DNA from: Octopus vulgaris
Lineage: Eukaryota
NCBI GenBank assembly: GCA_951406725.2
Contig: OX597816.1
Location: 74,028,001-74,092,000, forward strand
DNA length: 64,000 bases
Direction of reading: 5' to 3'
A program made the position numbers and the translations under genes. Positions 1-11,099 of the stretch are shown here, piece by piece. The notes beneath the pieces were generated by a model, which was given only the letters and a program-made list of their open reading frames with translations, had not been told where the DNA came from and did no database searches. Position 1 is the stretch's first letter. Each line of letters opens with the position of its first letter.

Positions 1-1610
1 ACTTCGGAAAATTCACAAGATCCGAGCTTTTCTCTCGTAACTTTTAGGAATATGCTTTTATTTTTCAACGAAACTTTATATAAATACCTTTCAAACGGCA
101 TACATTACGATTATAAAGAAATTTGTGTGGAAACTCTTTTCCAAAAGGGTAGCGGAAGGACTTCGGAAAATTCACAAGATCCGAGCTTTTCTCTCGTAAC
201 TTTTAGGAATATGCTTTTATTTTTCAACGAAACTCTATATAAATACCTTTCAAACGGCATACATTACGATTATAAAGAAATTTGTGTGGAAACTCTTTTC
301 CAAAAAGGGTAGCGGAAGGACTTCGGAAAATTCACAAGATCCGAGCTTTTCTCTCGTAACTTTTAGGAATATGCTTTTATTTTTCAACGAAACTTTATAT
401 AAATACCTTTCAAACGGCATACATTACGATTATAAAGAAATTTGTGTGGAAACTCTTTTCCAAAAGGGTAGCGGAAGGACTTCGGAAAATTCACAAGATC
501 CGAGCTTTTCTCTCGTAACTTTTAGCAATATGCTTTTATTTTTCAACGAAACTTTATATAAATACCTTTCAAACGGCATACATTACGATTATAAAGAAAT
601 TTGTGTGGAAACTCTTTTCCAAAAGGGTAGGGGAAGGACTTCGGAAAATTCACAAGATCCGAGCTTTTCTCTCGTAACTTTTAGGAATATGCTTTTATTT
701 TTCAACGAAACTCTATATAAATACATTTCAAACGGCATACATTACGATTATAAAGAAATTTGTGTGGAAAATCTTTTCCAAAAGGGTAAAGGAAAGACTT
801 CGGAAAATTCACAAGATCCGAGCTTTTCTCTCGTAACTTTTAGGAATATGCTTTTATTTTTCAACGAAACTCTATATAAATACCTTTCAAACGGCATACA
901 TTACGATTATAAAGAAATTTGTGTGGAAAATCTTTTCCAAAAGGGTATAGGAAAGACTTCGGAAAATTCACAAGATCCGAGCTTTTCTCTCGTAACTTTT
1001 AGCAATATGCTTTTATTTTTCAACGAAACTTTATATAAATACCTTTCAAACGGCATACATTACGATTATAAAGAAATTTGTGTGGAAAATCTTTTCCAAA
1101 AGGGTATAGGAAAGACTTCGGAAAATTCACAAGATCCGAGCTTTTCTCTCGTAACTTTTAGCAATATGCTTTTATTTTTCAACGAAACTTTATATAAATA
1201 CCTTTCAAACGGCATACATTACGATTATAAAGAAATTTGTGTGGAAACTCTTTTCCAAAAGGGTAGGGGAAGGACTTCGGAAAATTCACAAGATCCGAGC
1301 TTTTCTCTCGTAACTTTTAGGAATATGCTTTTATTTTTCAACGAAACTCTATATAAATACCTTTCAAACGGCATACATTACGATTATAAAGAAATTTGTG
1401 TGGAAACTCTTTTCCAAAAGGGTAGGGGAAGGACTTCGGAAAATTCACAAGATCCGAGCTTTTCTCTCGTAACTTTTAGGAATATGGGTGAGGGTGGAGA
1501 TTTCAATGAAATTTTATAGAAATACCTTTCAAATGGCATACATTACGATTATAAAGAAATTTGTGGGGAAAATAGTTTCCAAGAGGGTGGAAAATTCACA
1601 TGATCCGAAT
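1..1610. repeat. 159-bp tandem array (minisatellite/satellite), about 9.3 near-identical units plus one diverged terminal unit; runs off the left window edge
   Basis: Unit ACTTCGGAAAATTCACAAGATCCGAGC... starts at 1, 160, 320 (one extra A), 479, 638, 797, 956, 1115, 1274 and 1433. The unit is 53 codons long, which explains ORFs 52..312 and 284..1519. Confidence 0.97.
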
Positions 1611-1682
1611 TTTGCGGGTCAAGATGTAGGGGTTAATGTTTAGATTAGAAAAGGTTATTTATTTACCGTCACATTGTATATA

Positions 1683-1716
1683 CCCAAAACCACGATGGGC
1701 TGAAATGTGTAACTAG
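1683..1716 (+). mobile_element. Putative Helitron 3' terminus (imperfect hairpin plus CTAG|T) closing the satellite-bearing segment
   Basis: CCCA-AAACCACGA-TGGG hairpin at 1683-1699, then 13 nt, then CTAG (1713-1716) followed by T. Confidence 0.45.
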
Positions 1717-2809
1717 TAAATGGAAAAGCATGCAAGGTAAAAAGAAAAGTTAATTTCGGCCTGTATGTGTGTACACGTTCTCATAGTTGCAACCCACGGG
1801 TAGATGTTGTAAGAGAAAAGAAATTGAGCTAGTAAAAGTTATAGAGTCAAGTGATGTTGTGTCTCATAACCTTCTTTCTCACTCTGTCCCTAATGGTCGC
1901 TGTCAATGAGTTTTTACCAACTCGCTTCTCCAACAATAGAATTCGTTGGAGGTCTGTGATATTGGTGAAATAGAAGAGGTTAGAAGGGTCAAGTGGTGAA
2001 GACACTATTTTACTTAGCTTAAGGCATCTGGCAAATTTAACTGCTCTCACAGAAAAACTATTGTTTTACCGTGAAAAAAGTGGTGTTGAACTGTTAATTG
2101 AAATTTGGCTATCTTTTTTAAAAAATGCATTTTTGAAGGTGAGGTGCGAAACTGCATCAGCCCCCTTTCTTTACACATATTTTAAGACGACATTTTGCAG
2201 AAATACATTTTATAGTGTGGATTACATTAGATTGAAAATCAAAGAACTTTGAAAGCAATAATAAACAAAGTGGTAACGATGTATGGACAAAAGAAAAACA
2301 TGCTAGTGTTTGTGTGAAACCAGTCAAAGTGTATTAAAACAATATCTTTTACATACCTACTAAAATGATTGGATATATAGATCCCAGGATAAGCTGCAAA
2401 ACAGTTTTGTCCTTTAGTAATTTTTCGCGCCGAAATTTTAAGCGGGTAACAAGTACTCTTCGATTTTTGTGGAGGGGGGGGAGGAGATTGAGTGAGTAAA
2501 AGTGTGTTTTGTCATTTATGTATTTTTTTTTTTTTGCCTGTACAATATATATCCTATTTATGCACATTTTCAAATAATTTCAGGGAGGTGGTGTTCCAAT
2601 TTCCTACCCCATCCTTTTTTATGAAGAAAAATAAGGGATTTGCAACAGATTAGGAGGCCAGGGTAGGTGATTTACACGCGAGAAATCTAAGGTTTTTTTT
2701 TTATGAACTGTGTTGAGGTGCACTTGTAAAAATGTATCCAAATTGTTTCATAAATATGTGTTGAATATCGTTTCATGATAGACAAATTTAAGGGTGATTG
2801 AACATCAAA

Positions 2810-3575
2810 AACCAATGCCTCTAAGTCCTCAGGAACACGGTACAGTTTTCCAGCTTTTAAAAGAAACTTATGGAATTGGCGAGATGGCCCATATAAAAAG
2901 TAACCTAGCGACATACTGTCTGAGATACTTCGGTCTCATTCTGGGATGAACAATGCACTTTTTCAGGCTTCCCCATAAACGTTCAATATTCTGAGTGTGA
3001 ATAGCTGGGTTATGGGGATCCACAAAGTGTTCAGCGTGATTAACCTGATAGTGTGTATAGCCCATGCTGCTCAAGTTACTATACGCATGCCAACAATCAC
3101 TATAGATTATTGATCCCGGCCTGATGTAGCGTCTAATGATAGGAATGAGGGTTTCTGCATCCCTTCTGTTGCCCTCGCCACATTCGGTCAAAAGTGGGAC
3201 CATAAATGATCTCGTCGTCAAGCGTTCCAGTCCACCAAAAAGCCAAACCATTTTGATTATTCTGCTGCGTTGATATTTCCGATGAACCAGAACCGTTTCA
3301 TCAATCTCAATTTCAACCCCATCTCCTCCAATCATGTTTTGGTTGTTTCCTGCCCAAAACTGACAGATCTCAGCACAGAAAGACCGCCAATCTACAGATG
3401 TTTTACGGGAGAATCTGAGATTTTCCTTGATTAATCTGTGCGACCAAGCTGTGCTGAGGAAGTGATTTACAAAAAGCAATATTTTCCAAGACGGAACATG
3501 AGTGTTTTCCAGAAAGGAGTTCTTCAATAAAGATTCAGAATATCCACACTCCCTTCTGAATTGGCAACGTTGTGA
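2810..3575 (-). pseudogene. Merlin / IS1595 (ISXO2-like) DDE transposase, 5'-truncated and frameshifted near the C-terminus
   Basis: ORF 2868..3587 has GGDGVEIEIDET, WLFGGLER, RRDAETLIPII, IRPGSIIYSDCWHAY, HYQVNH and HTQNIERLW motifs. The C-terminus (FHKFLLKAGKLY) continues in ORF 2687..2914. The 5' end is cut by a SINE at about 3576. Confidence 0.9.
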
Positions 3576-3845
3576 CACCTTGGGCAAGTGTCTACTACTA
3601 TAGCCTCAGGCCGACCAAAGCCTTGTGAATGAATTTGGTTGACAGAAACTGAAAGAAGCCCATCGTATATATGTATATATATATATACATATATACAATG
3701 CTGGTGTGTTTACGTCCCCGTATCTTAGCAGTTCGGCAAAAGAGTTCAATAGAATAAGTACTAGGCTTACAAAGAATAAGTCCTAGGGTCGATTTGCTCG
3801 ACCAAAGGCAGTGCTCCAGCATGGCCAGTCAAATGACTGAAACAC
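3576..3845 (+). mobile_element. tRNA-derived SINE family A, 5'-truncated copy
   Basis: CACCTTGGGCAAGTGTC...GAAACTGAAAGAAGCCC-(TA)n-...CAAATGACTGAAAC, matching many other copies in the window. Confidence 0.85.
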
Positions 3846-4349
3846 AGGTAATGTATATCAACAGAAATTTAGTAACAAAAGAGTTAAATATTCTATTTAT
3901 TAAAACCACATCTCTACACATCCAATGTCCTCATAGTACCCACTTGTTATTAGCCATCCCCCTGTGAGCTCACAAGCTCCCTGTAGCAGGGGTTCAAATC
4001 CTATCTCCTAGATGCTCAGTTAGATCCCATGATTGAGTCACCACAGTTTCACATGATCAGTCTATAAATTGATCAATCCGCATGAAAGTGTGACATGATA
4101 CGGCTTTCTGGATTTTTCTAAAATTTATCCTCTTGCCCCGTATTGAAACAGTTTGGTACTTTGGCTCATTGTAGAGTGTCGAGGATGGCCAACGGATTCA
4201 CATGCCTCACCTCTACCATGCAGATGATTCACAACCCAGACAGACAACCAGCTGCTGATGCCATGGATTAACTTGGACTTTTGCACAGACAACACGTTCC
4301 TTGGACAGACAGATTCTGAACATTCACAAAATGTCCCTTCTATGGACAT

Positions 4350-4638
4350 AGCACTCTTAACCACTATGCCATATGTCCGTGGTGTGTAGTGGTTAAGAAT
4401 GCGGGCTACTAACCCCAAGATTCCAAGTTCAATTCCAAGCAGGGACCTGAATAATAATAATAATAACAACACTGAAAAATACCTTAGGAATGAGAACCTA
4501 GGTTCGAAAATTCCTCAGGACATCTGATGAAGGCTGGAGAGTATATCAGCCGAAATGTGTTAACAAACAAGGTGAGGACAAATATCCGTCAAATATACAT
4601 ATGTACATAATTCCTCATCTTTTAAACATAGAACTGTA
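4350..4638 (+). mobile_element. tRNA-headed non-autonomous element with a hammerhead-bearing (Penelope pLTR-like) tail
   Basis: Inverted head fragment 4350-4372. tRNA-like head 4381-4450 with A box (GTAGTGGTTAAG) and B box (GTTCAATTCC). Then (AAT)n and a tail 4471-4638 near-identical to 38560-38732. Confidence 0.75.
4519..4561 (+). ncRNA. Minimal type-I hammerhead ribozyme motif (stem III/cleavage region with small deletion)
   Basis: GACAT-CTGATGA-A-GGCTG[GAGAGTATAT]CAGCC-GAAA-TGTGTT. Core boxes are intact and stem II is a perfect 5 bp. Confidence 0.7.
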
Positions 4639-5249
4639 AGAAAATTATTATCAATATTTGTTTTTTTACCTCTCTTGTCTTAGAGCCACAAGTGACTGTA
4701 TATGTCTAGAATATTCTTCAAGAATCCAAACTGAAAACAAACAAAAAATAAAGCAAAAAAATCCCAAAAGACATGATTAATTTCAGTTTGAATCATTGCA
4801 GTTTTATGTGAAACTAAACAAAATAATATACAACAGTTTGTAAAAATTTAGCATTGTTGTTAATTTACAGCTGCTTTGAAACTTTAGACTTTAGGCAGCC
4901 ATATTGCATTATGTCTTTGGTCACAAAATTAAAAAATTTTTTTTGAGAAGGGAAGAAAAAAAAGAAAGCGATATTAATAGTGGTGAGTGCTTACTTTACA
5001 AGGGAATGAAATTTCAGAAGCAGAGAGATATTGGTATTGTATTTTTCACGAAAGAAATGTGGAGATAAACTTCATTTCTCAATTATCTCAAAATTACTTT
5101 TATTACCTCATTCATCAGCTGCCATAGAAAGGTTCTTCTTCGGTAAGAAATATGAAAGTGAAAAAAAATTTTAAATGGTTTCTTAACTATGGAAACTTTA
5201 AATGTCTTAGATGAAGAAAAAAATCGTTTTTAAAATGTTATGATATATA

Positions 5250-6510
5250 TTGGGTTGGCAGGAAGTAATTTCAGTTTTTTAGTGTGAAATAAAAATCATT
5301 TTTTTTTCACACAAACAATGAACTTTAATCAATTATATATTTTCCATTTTGTTTGATGACATTTTGCCATCTTTCTGACAACTTCATGATTCTGCACTTA
5401 TAGAACTTCTGGTCCTTATCAGCCAAAAGGTAAAGCAAGTGCGATTTCAGGTCATCATCATTATTGAAAGTTTCACCATTCAAAGAGTTTTGCAAACTTC
5501 AAAATAAATGGTTAATCTGATGGTGCAAGGTCAGTGCTCCATAGTGGATGTGACATCACATCCCAACTAAGCTCTAATGATTTTTCCCGAGTTAGCAAAG
5601 ACATGTGTGGTCTAGTGTTGTCATGGTAGAACATGATTCCTTTACGATTTGCCAATTCTGGCTGTTTTTCTTTGATTGCTTCCTCCAGTTTCATTAGTTG
5701 TTGACAGTAAACATCTGAATTGATCATTTAGTTCCATGGAAGCAGCTAATATACACAACACCTTTGTAATCCCACCAAATTGACAGCCTGACCTTTTTTT
5801 TATGCAATTCAGCTTTCAATGTGGTTTGTGTTGGTTCATTACTCTTGAACCGTGATCATTTTTGATTGATGTTACTGTAGACAATCAATTTTTCATCAAC
5901 AGTGATGATTCATTTAAAAAAAGGTCGATTTCATTGCGTTTGAGATGCATGTTGCAAATATTGATTCATTGTGTTAAGTGAATCTCTTTCAACTTATGTG
6001 GTACCCAAATATTGAGCTTCTTAACAAGTCCAAGACATTTTAAGTGATTTTCAATTGTTGTGTGTGATACATTTAACCTTTCTGCAATTTCTTGTACAGT
6101 TATATGACAATCAGATTCAATTATGACTTTGATTTGGTCATCATCAACTACAGTAGGTAGACCACAACATTGGTCATCTTTGAGTAAAAATTCTCCAGAA
6201 CGGAATTTATTTAACCATTTCTGACATGTGCATTCTGTTAAGCAATCAACACCAATAACTTCACATATCTCTTTGTGAGCCTCAGCAAATTTCTTGCCTT
6301 TAATATAGCGAAAATGTTCATTTTTTCACTTCATGTTAAAAGTGACACTGAACTAACTGCTGTAAACAAAATTACATGCAATTTACTTCTAGAGTAAGCC
6401 AAAAGTAATGGCTATCAAATGTGAAAAGGGAAAAATCATAACATTGACAAAAATCATTCAAAACAATTGTAACTATTTGTGGAAAAGGAATTAGTTTCTT
6501 GCCAACCCAA
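5250..6510 (-). mobile_element. Mariner (DD34D) transposon, near full length (about 1.26 kb), pseudogenised
   Basis: TIRs TTGGGTTGGCAGGAAGTAATTTC / GAATTAGTTTCTTGCCAACCCAA, with TA on the left. ORF 5512..5727 has YHDNTRPH...STDLAPSD. Multiple stops elsewhere. Confidence 0.92.
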
Positions 6511-6698
6511 TGGAATTGTAACCATTTGAAGAATTGCGCAAAAACAGGGAGAAAAAAAACTCAAAGGAAACTAAACTGTTTCCCAATGAACAACAAAAAT
6601 ATCACTTAGTCTTTTTTTTTGCCAAAGCCTTATATTGGATTTAGCCAGAGGAAACTGGACAGAAGTTCATTATCATAACTATAATAATAACTAAAATT

Positions 6699-7148
6699 AA
6701 GGCAGTGAGCTGGCAGAATCGTTAGCATGCTGAGAGAAATGCTTAGCGGTAATCAATCCATCTTTATGTTCTGAGTTCAAATTCCGTCAATGTCGACTTT
6801 GCCTTTTGTCCTTTCGGCATTGATAAATTAAGTACCTGTTGTGTACTGGGGTCAATCTAATTGTCTGGCCCATCCCTCCCCCAAAATTTTGGGCCTTGTG
6901 CCTAGAGTAGAAAAGAATATTATGCCAATTATAGGCTGCAAGCTGGCAGAAACATTAGCACACCAAGTGAAATGATTAGCGGTATTTTGTCTGTCTTTAT
7001 ATTCTGAGTTCAAATTCCTTTCAGGTCGACTTTGCCTTTCATCCTTTTGTCGTCAATAAATTAAGTACCAGTTGTGTACTGGGGTCAATCTAATCGACTG
7101 GCTCCATACCCCAAAATTTTGGGCCTTGTGCCTAGAGTAGAAAAGAAT
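6699..7148 (+). mobile_element. Two tandem copies of tRNA-derived SINE family B (Meta/MESC-like central domain)
   Basis: GAGCTGGCAGAA..GTTAGCA...GAGTTCAAATTCC...GACTTTGCCTTTCATCC..GATAAATTAAGTACCAG...GGGCCTTGTGCCTAGAGTAGAAAAGAAT at about 6699-6918 and 6932-7148. Confidence 0.85.
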
Positions 7149-7229
7149 AACTATAATTATTTATCATAACTGTAATAATACTTTTATCGTAAATTTTAAT
7201 TTTTTTGAGAAAAATGAATAAGTATTCTT

Positions 7230-8372
7230 TTATTTGTTTCAGTCATTTGACTGTGGCCATGCTGGAGTAATGCCTTTAGTCAAACAAATCGACCCCAGGA
7301 CTTATTCTTTGTAAACCCCTAATACTTATTCTGTCGGTCTATTTTGCCAAACTGCCAAGTTATGGGGGCATAAACACACCAACATCGGTTGTCAAGTGAT
7401 GGTGGGCGAGGACAAATAGAGACACACAAACACATCATCATCATCATCATTATCATTGTTTAACGTCCGCTTTCCATGCTAGCATGAGTTGGACAGTTTG
7501 ACCAAGGACTGGCAAGCCAGGAAGCTGCACCAGACTCCAATTTGATCTGGTAAGGTTTCTACAGCTGGATGCCCTTCCTAATGCCAACCACTTCAAGAGT
7601 GTAGTGGGCACTTTTTATGTGCCACCAGCATGGAGTGCCAGTCAGGCAGCACTAGCATTGACCCACGCTTGAATGGTGATTATTATATGCCACCAGCACA
7701 GATGCTAGTCAGGTGGCATCAGCCACAACTACAATTTCCAATTTGATTTCGATCTTGATTTGCTTTGATTTTGATTTTTGATTTTACTTGACTCAATAGG
7801 TCTTCCCAAGCACAGCATAATGCCTGATGATTCAAAGGTACTTTTAAATTGGATATATATATATATATATATATATACTAGCTGGTGTACCCAGTAATTC
7901 AAAGTAATCGAACATAAACAATGAAATGGGTTATTTCCCTTGAGTGTTAAAAAAAATATTGTACAGGTGCTATGGGTTATTTCCCTTGGGTGTTTAAAAA
8001 ATAGTTATATGAGGTAGATTTAAAGGTCCCTTCAAGGGGCCATATTATCAATATTTTCAACAATCTAAGTATGTCATGAGGTTTCCAGACATGAGTTCCA
8101 CTCACATGTCACGTTTCATCAAAATCAATAAAACGATGTAGGAGGAGTTTGCTAACAACGCCGCAAACAAACACACACCGATTTTCCACATATGTAGTTG
8201 ATATATACAATGGACTTCTTCCAGTTTCTGTCTACCACATCCATTCATAAGGCTTTGGTTGACCTGAGGCTATAGTAGAAAACACTTTCCCAAGGTGCCA
8301 CATAGTAGGGCTGAACCCTGAACGATGTGGTTGGGAAGCAAGCTTCTTACTACACAGCCACTCCTGCACCTC
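7230..8372 (-). mobile_element. SINE family A copy interrupted by a family-C SINE (7435-7850) and a non-autonomous Helitron (7878-8201)
   Basis: The head half (8210-8372) and tail half (7230-7430) are colinear on the minus strand and separated by the two insertions in the central microsatellite. Confidence 0.75.
7878..8201 (-). mobile_element. Non-autonomous Helitron
   Basis: Minus-strand 5' TC (8201-8200) and 3' CTAG (7881-7878), inserted between A and T in a TA microsatellite with no TSD. Internal TTTCATCAAAATC...AGGAGGAGTT...AAACAAACACACA segment typical of short Helitrons; internal repeat ATGGGTTATTTCCCTTG. Confidence 0.7.
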
Positions 8373-9210
8373 TATGTGTTTTCTTTTTTCATAACTGTAT
8401 ACCTACTTTTGCACCAGGCTTCTTTCAGTTTCCATTTACCAAATCTCATCACAAGACAGTGGTTTGAAGTCTTCTAAATTATTCAACAGTATTTCTATTT
8501 TGTTGGTGTAGCAGTGTCTTTACTTTGTTTTTTTTGTTGTTTTTTGCTTTTGTATCATAATGCTTAATGAAAGAATTTTTAAAATTTGGTAAGAGACCTA
8601 GCCCAAATCATCGTATCTTTTCTCTTCCTCACTGCCAAGGAATATCAAGAAAAGGCTGGTCAGTCTGTCTCACTGTCCCAGTGGACAAAATGGAAAGGCA
8701 TTGCTGTGGAGGATGGCGAGATGCAGAGAAACAGCCACTCTGACTCATGGAGTTTATACTTGCAGATAGCCATCTCCGTCCTCATAGCAGTCTGCAAGGA
8801 TATGGTCTGGGGGCTGAGAATACCAGGGATTTCCACCACCATTGGTTGGCTTGGGGTGATAGTTGAAGACACCTGCTTAAGCTGCCATGCAGTGGGGATG
8901 AACTTGAAACCATGTGACTGAGCAGCAAACCAGAGAATGAATGACATAACCATACCGGCAATAAAATTTAAAGGAAACTCAATAAATTTGTATATTATTG
9001 AAGGTTAAATGGCTCCTCCATGCTGAAATATCTAGAAAAGTAAAAGAATACAAAAGAAAAAAATCTCAAAATCATTATAAAACAAATTCAGAGACATTTT
9101 TTTTTAGGAGTTTAAAATTTTCAAAGGAGTCCTACTATGAAGAATTCAAAGATAAACCAAAAAAAGAAAATACAGAAAATTGAGCTCTTAAAGCAACAGT
9201 TATAATTTAA

Positions 9211-9434
9211 CCCTTTCATTACCATATTCTTGTTGAAATATGCTGTCTTTGATTCAATTAATTTTGAAAATAACGAAGAATTTAGTGGAATATTTTTGTC
9301 ATTATTAAACTGGTTATTTGGAACATAAATTGGCATGAAATTTTAAGGGAAGGTTTTAATTTAGATCATTTTTTAACCAGGAAGTTTGTAGCCTAGAACC
9401 AGGGATGGTTATAGGTGAGTTGGTATCAGAAAAG
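9211..9434. mobile_element. piggyBac-type MITE
   Basis: TTAA|CCCTTTCATTACC ... GGTATCAGAAAAG|TTAA; homologous to 10547-10767 and 10799-11019. Confidence 0.8.
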
Positions 9435-9577
9435 TTAAAGAGAATTAAAACTCCAGTTAGATACATAACCTTTCCTTTTATTTAAAAAAATTTTTTTGAG
9501 CTTAAAACATTAGTTGAACATCAAATTTCTTTGGAACATGAAAGGTTACATTAAATGCAATATAAAATATATTTATT

Positions 9578-9803
9578 TCTTTACTACCCACAAGGGGTTA
9601 CACATAGAGGGGACAAACAAGGACAGACAAACGGATTAAGTCGATTACATCGCCCCCAGTGCGAAACTGGTACTTTATTATCAACCCTGAAAGGATGAAA
9701 GGCAAAGTCGACCTTGACGGAATTTGAAGTCAGAACATATGACAGACGAAATACCGCTAAGCATTTTGCCCGGCACACTAACGTTTCTGCCAGCTCACCG
9801 CCT
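9578..9803 (-). mobile_element. SINE family B
   Basis: Reverse complement of the GGCGGTGAGCTGGCAGAAACGTTAG...GACTTTGCCTTTCATCC head and core, with an alternative 3' tail. Confidence 0.8.
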
Positions 9804-10546
9804 GCAGCACAATGCATCTTCTGCAACTGGAAAGCTGATGCAAATGCAACAGAAAATAACCTGTATAAATTGAAGAGAATAAAGCCACATTATTCACTGT
9901 TAATGTTAGAGGAGAGGACTATGGGTAGACGTTAGCAGAGAATTGGAGAGGGCAAACATTTTTGCCTTTATGTTGTAGTGGGGATTCAAAACTGAATCCC
10001 TGGATATGTGGTCAGACATCACATGCAAACCACCATAGTTTCACACAACTGATCTATTAAGTGACCAATCAGCATGAAGCAACAGCGTGGACAGATTTTC
10101 TTGAACATTCTAGAATTTGACTTCAACCAACTGGACAACCCAGGAAGGTGGCTACGGCAGGTGGTACAGATAGTAGACAGAAACCCCTGTTGTCATGAAT
10201 ATAGCACAATTATTTCCAGTTATGTTGAGTAAGCCACATGTTGCTATATCAATAGCTTGCTGTAAACTCCAAGAAGTACCTCTCTCTCTCACTCTGTCTC
10301 CCAATATGTATTTATTGCTGTTGTTGTCTGTAAAAGGTCAATGTACTTTGTCTTTCTGTGCGATAATAAAATCTTCTGTTAAATATTCACGAGTGTTGTG
10401 CAATTACTTCTACACGCAACCCAAGAAACATATTTTCATTCTTCAACCATTCACCCTACACAGATCCAGCCAACAGCCTGCAAACTGTGACACTACCATT
10501 CAAAAGTTGACTCCCCTATTAGCAAAGGTATCAGGGGAGGAATTAA

Positions 10547-10767
10547 CCCTTTCGTTTCAGTATTTATTTCGAGATGCTTTGTGTTTCTTTCAATTAATTT
10601 AAATATAATAAACAATTTAGTAAAATAACTTAGTTATCATTCAGCTAGTGTTAGGAACATAAATTGTGACTAAGGTTTGGTAGAAGATTTTAATTCAAAA
10701 CTTATGAAAACAAGACATTTGTACTACAGAGGTAGAGCTGGTTTCAGCCTGGTTGGTAATGAAAGGG
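10547..10767. mobile_element. piggyBac-type MITE
   Basis: TTAA|CCCTTTC ... GAAAGGG|TTAA; 221 bp. Confidence 0.88.
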
Positions 10768-10798
10768 TTAAGAATTGTTCCTCTATTATATATTTTAA

Positions 10799-11019
10799 CC
10801 CTTTTGTTGTCATATTTCTGTTAAGATGCTCTCTGCTTCTTTCAATTAATTTTAAATATAACAAAGAATTTAGTAAAATTACTTAGTTATCATTAAGCTA
10901 GTGTTAGGAACGTATATTGTGACTAAGGTTTGGTGGAAGATTTTAATTCAAAACTTATGGAAACAAGACATTTGTACTCAGAGCCAGAAGCAGTTTTAGC
11001 GGGGTTGGTATCAAAAGGG
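10799..11019. mobile_element. piggyBac-type MITE (adjacent second copy)
   Basis: TTAA|CCCTTTTG ... CAAAAGGG|TTAA; same internal sequence as the previous copy. Confidence 0.88.
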
Positions 11020-11099
11020 TTAAACTATGAAGTGGAATAAATCTGCCCCACCAAAACATGTTAATGGTAGGCTAGGGAAAAAAGACAGCCGCACGCTAT

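Noticed and set aside
284-1519. 411-aa ORF with 53-aa repeats as a real protein
   Set aside because: It arises because the 159-bp unit is a multiple of 3. One unit carries a frameshift, most inter-unit changes are non-synonymous (S/R/K/I, T/N, R/S, L/I), and no domain is recognisable.
1-1610. CRISPR array
   Set aside because: Units are contiguous with no unique spacers, there are no cas genes, and the context is eukaryotic.
2868-3587. Bacterial IS1595 contamination
   Set aside because: Directly interrupted by a host SINE and AT-rich like its surroundings; fits eukaryotic Merlin.
4381-4450. Functional tRNA gene (Ser, ACT anticodon)
   Set aside because: Acceptor and T stems do not pair properly, copies differ from each other, and it is embedded in a repeat; treated as a SINE-type head.
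8586-8953. Overlapping 111-aa and 97-aa ORFs as host genes
   Set aside because: No recognisable motif; the 3' part is a SINE A head remnant and the rest looks like a decayed retroelement UTR.
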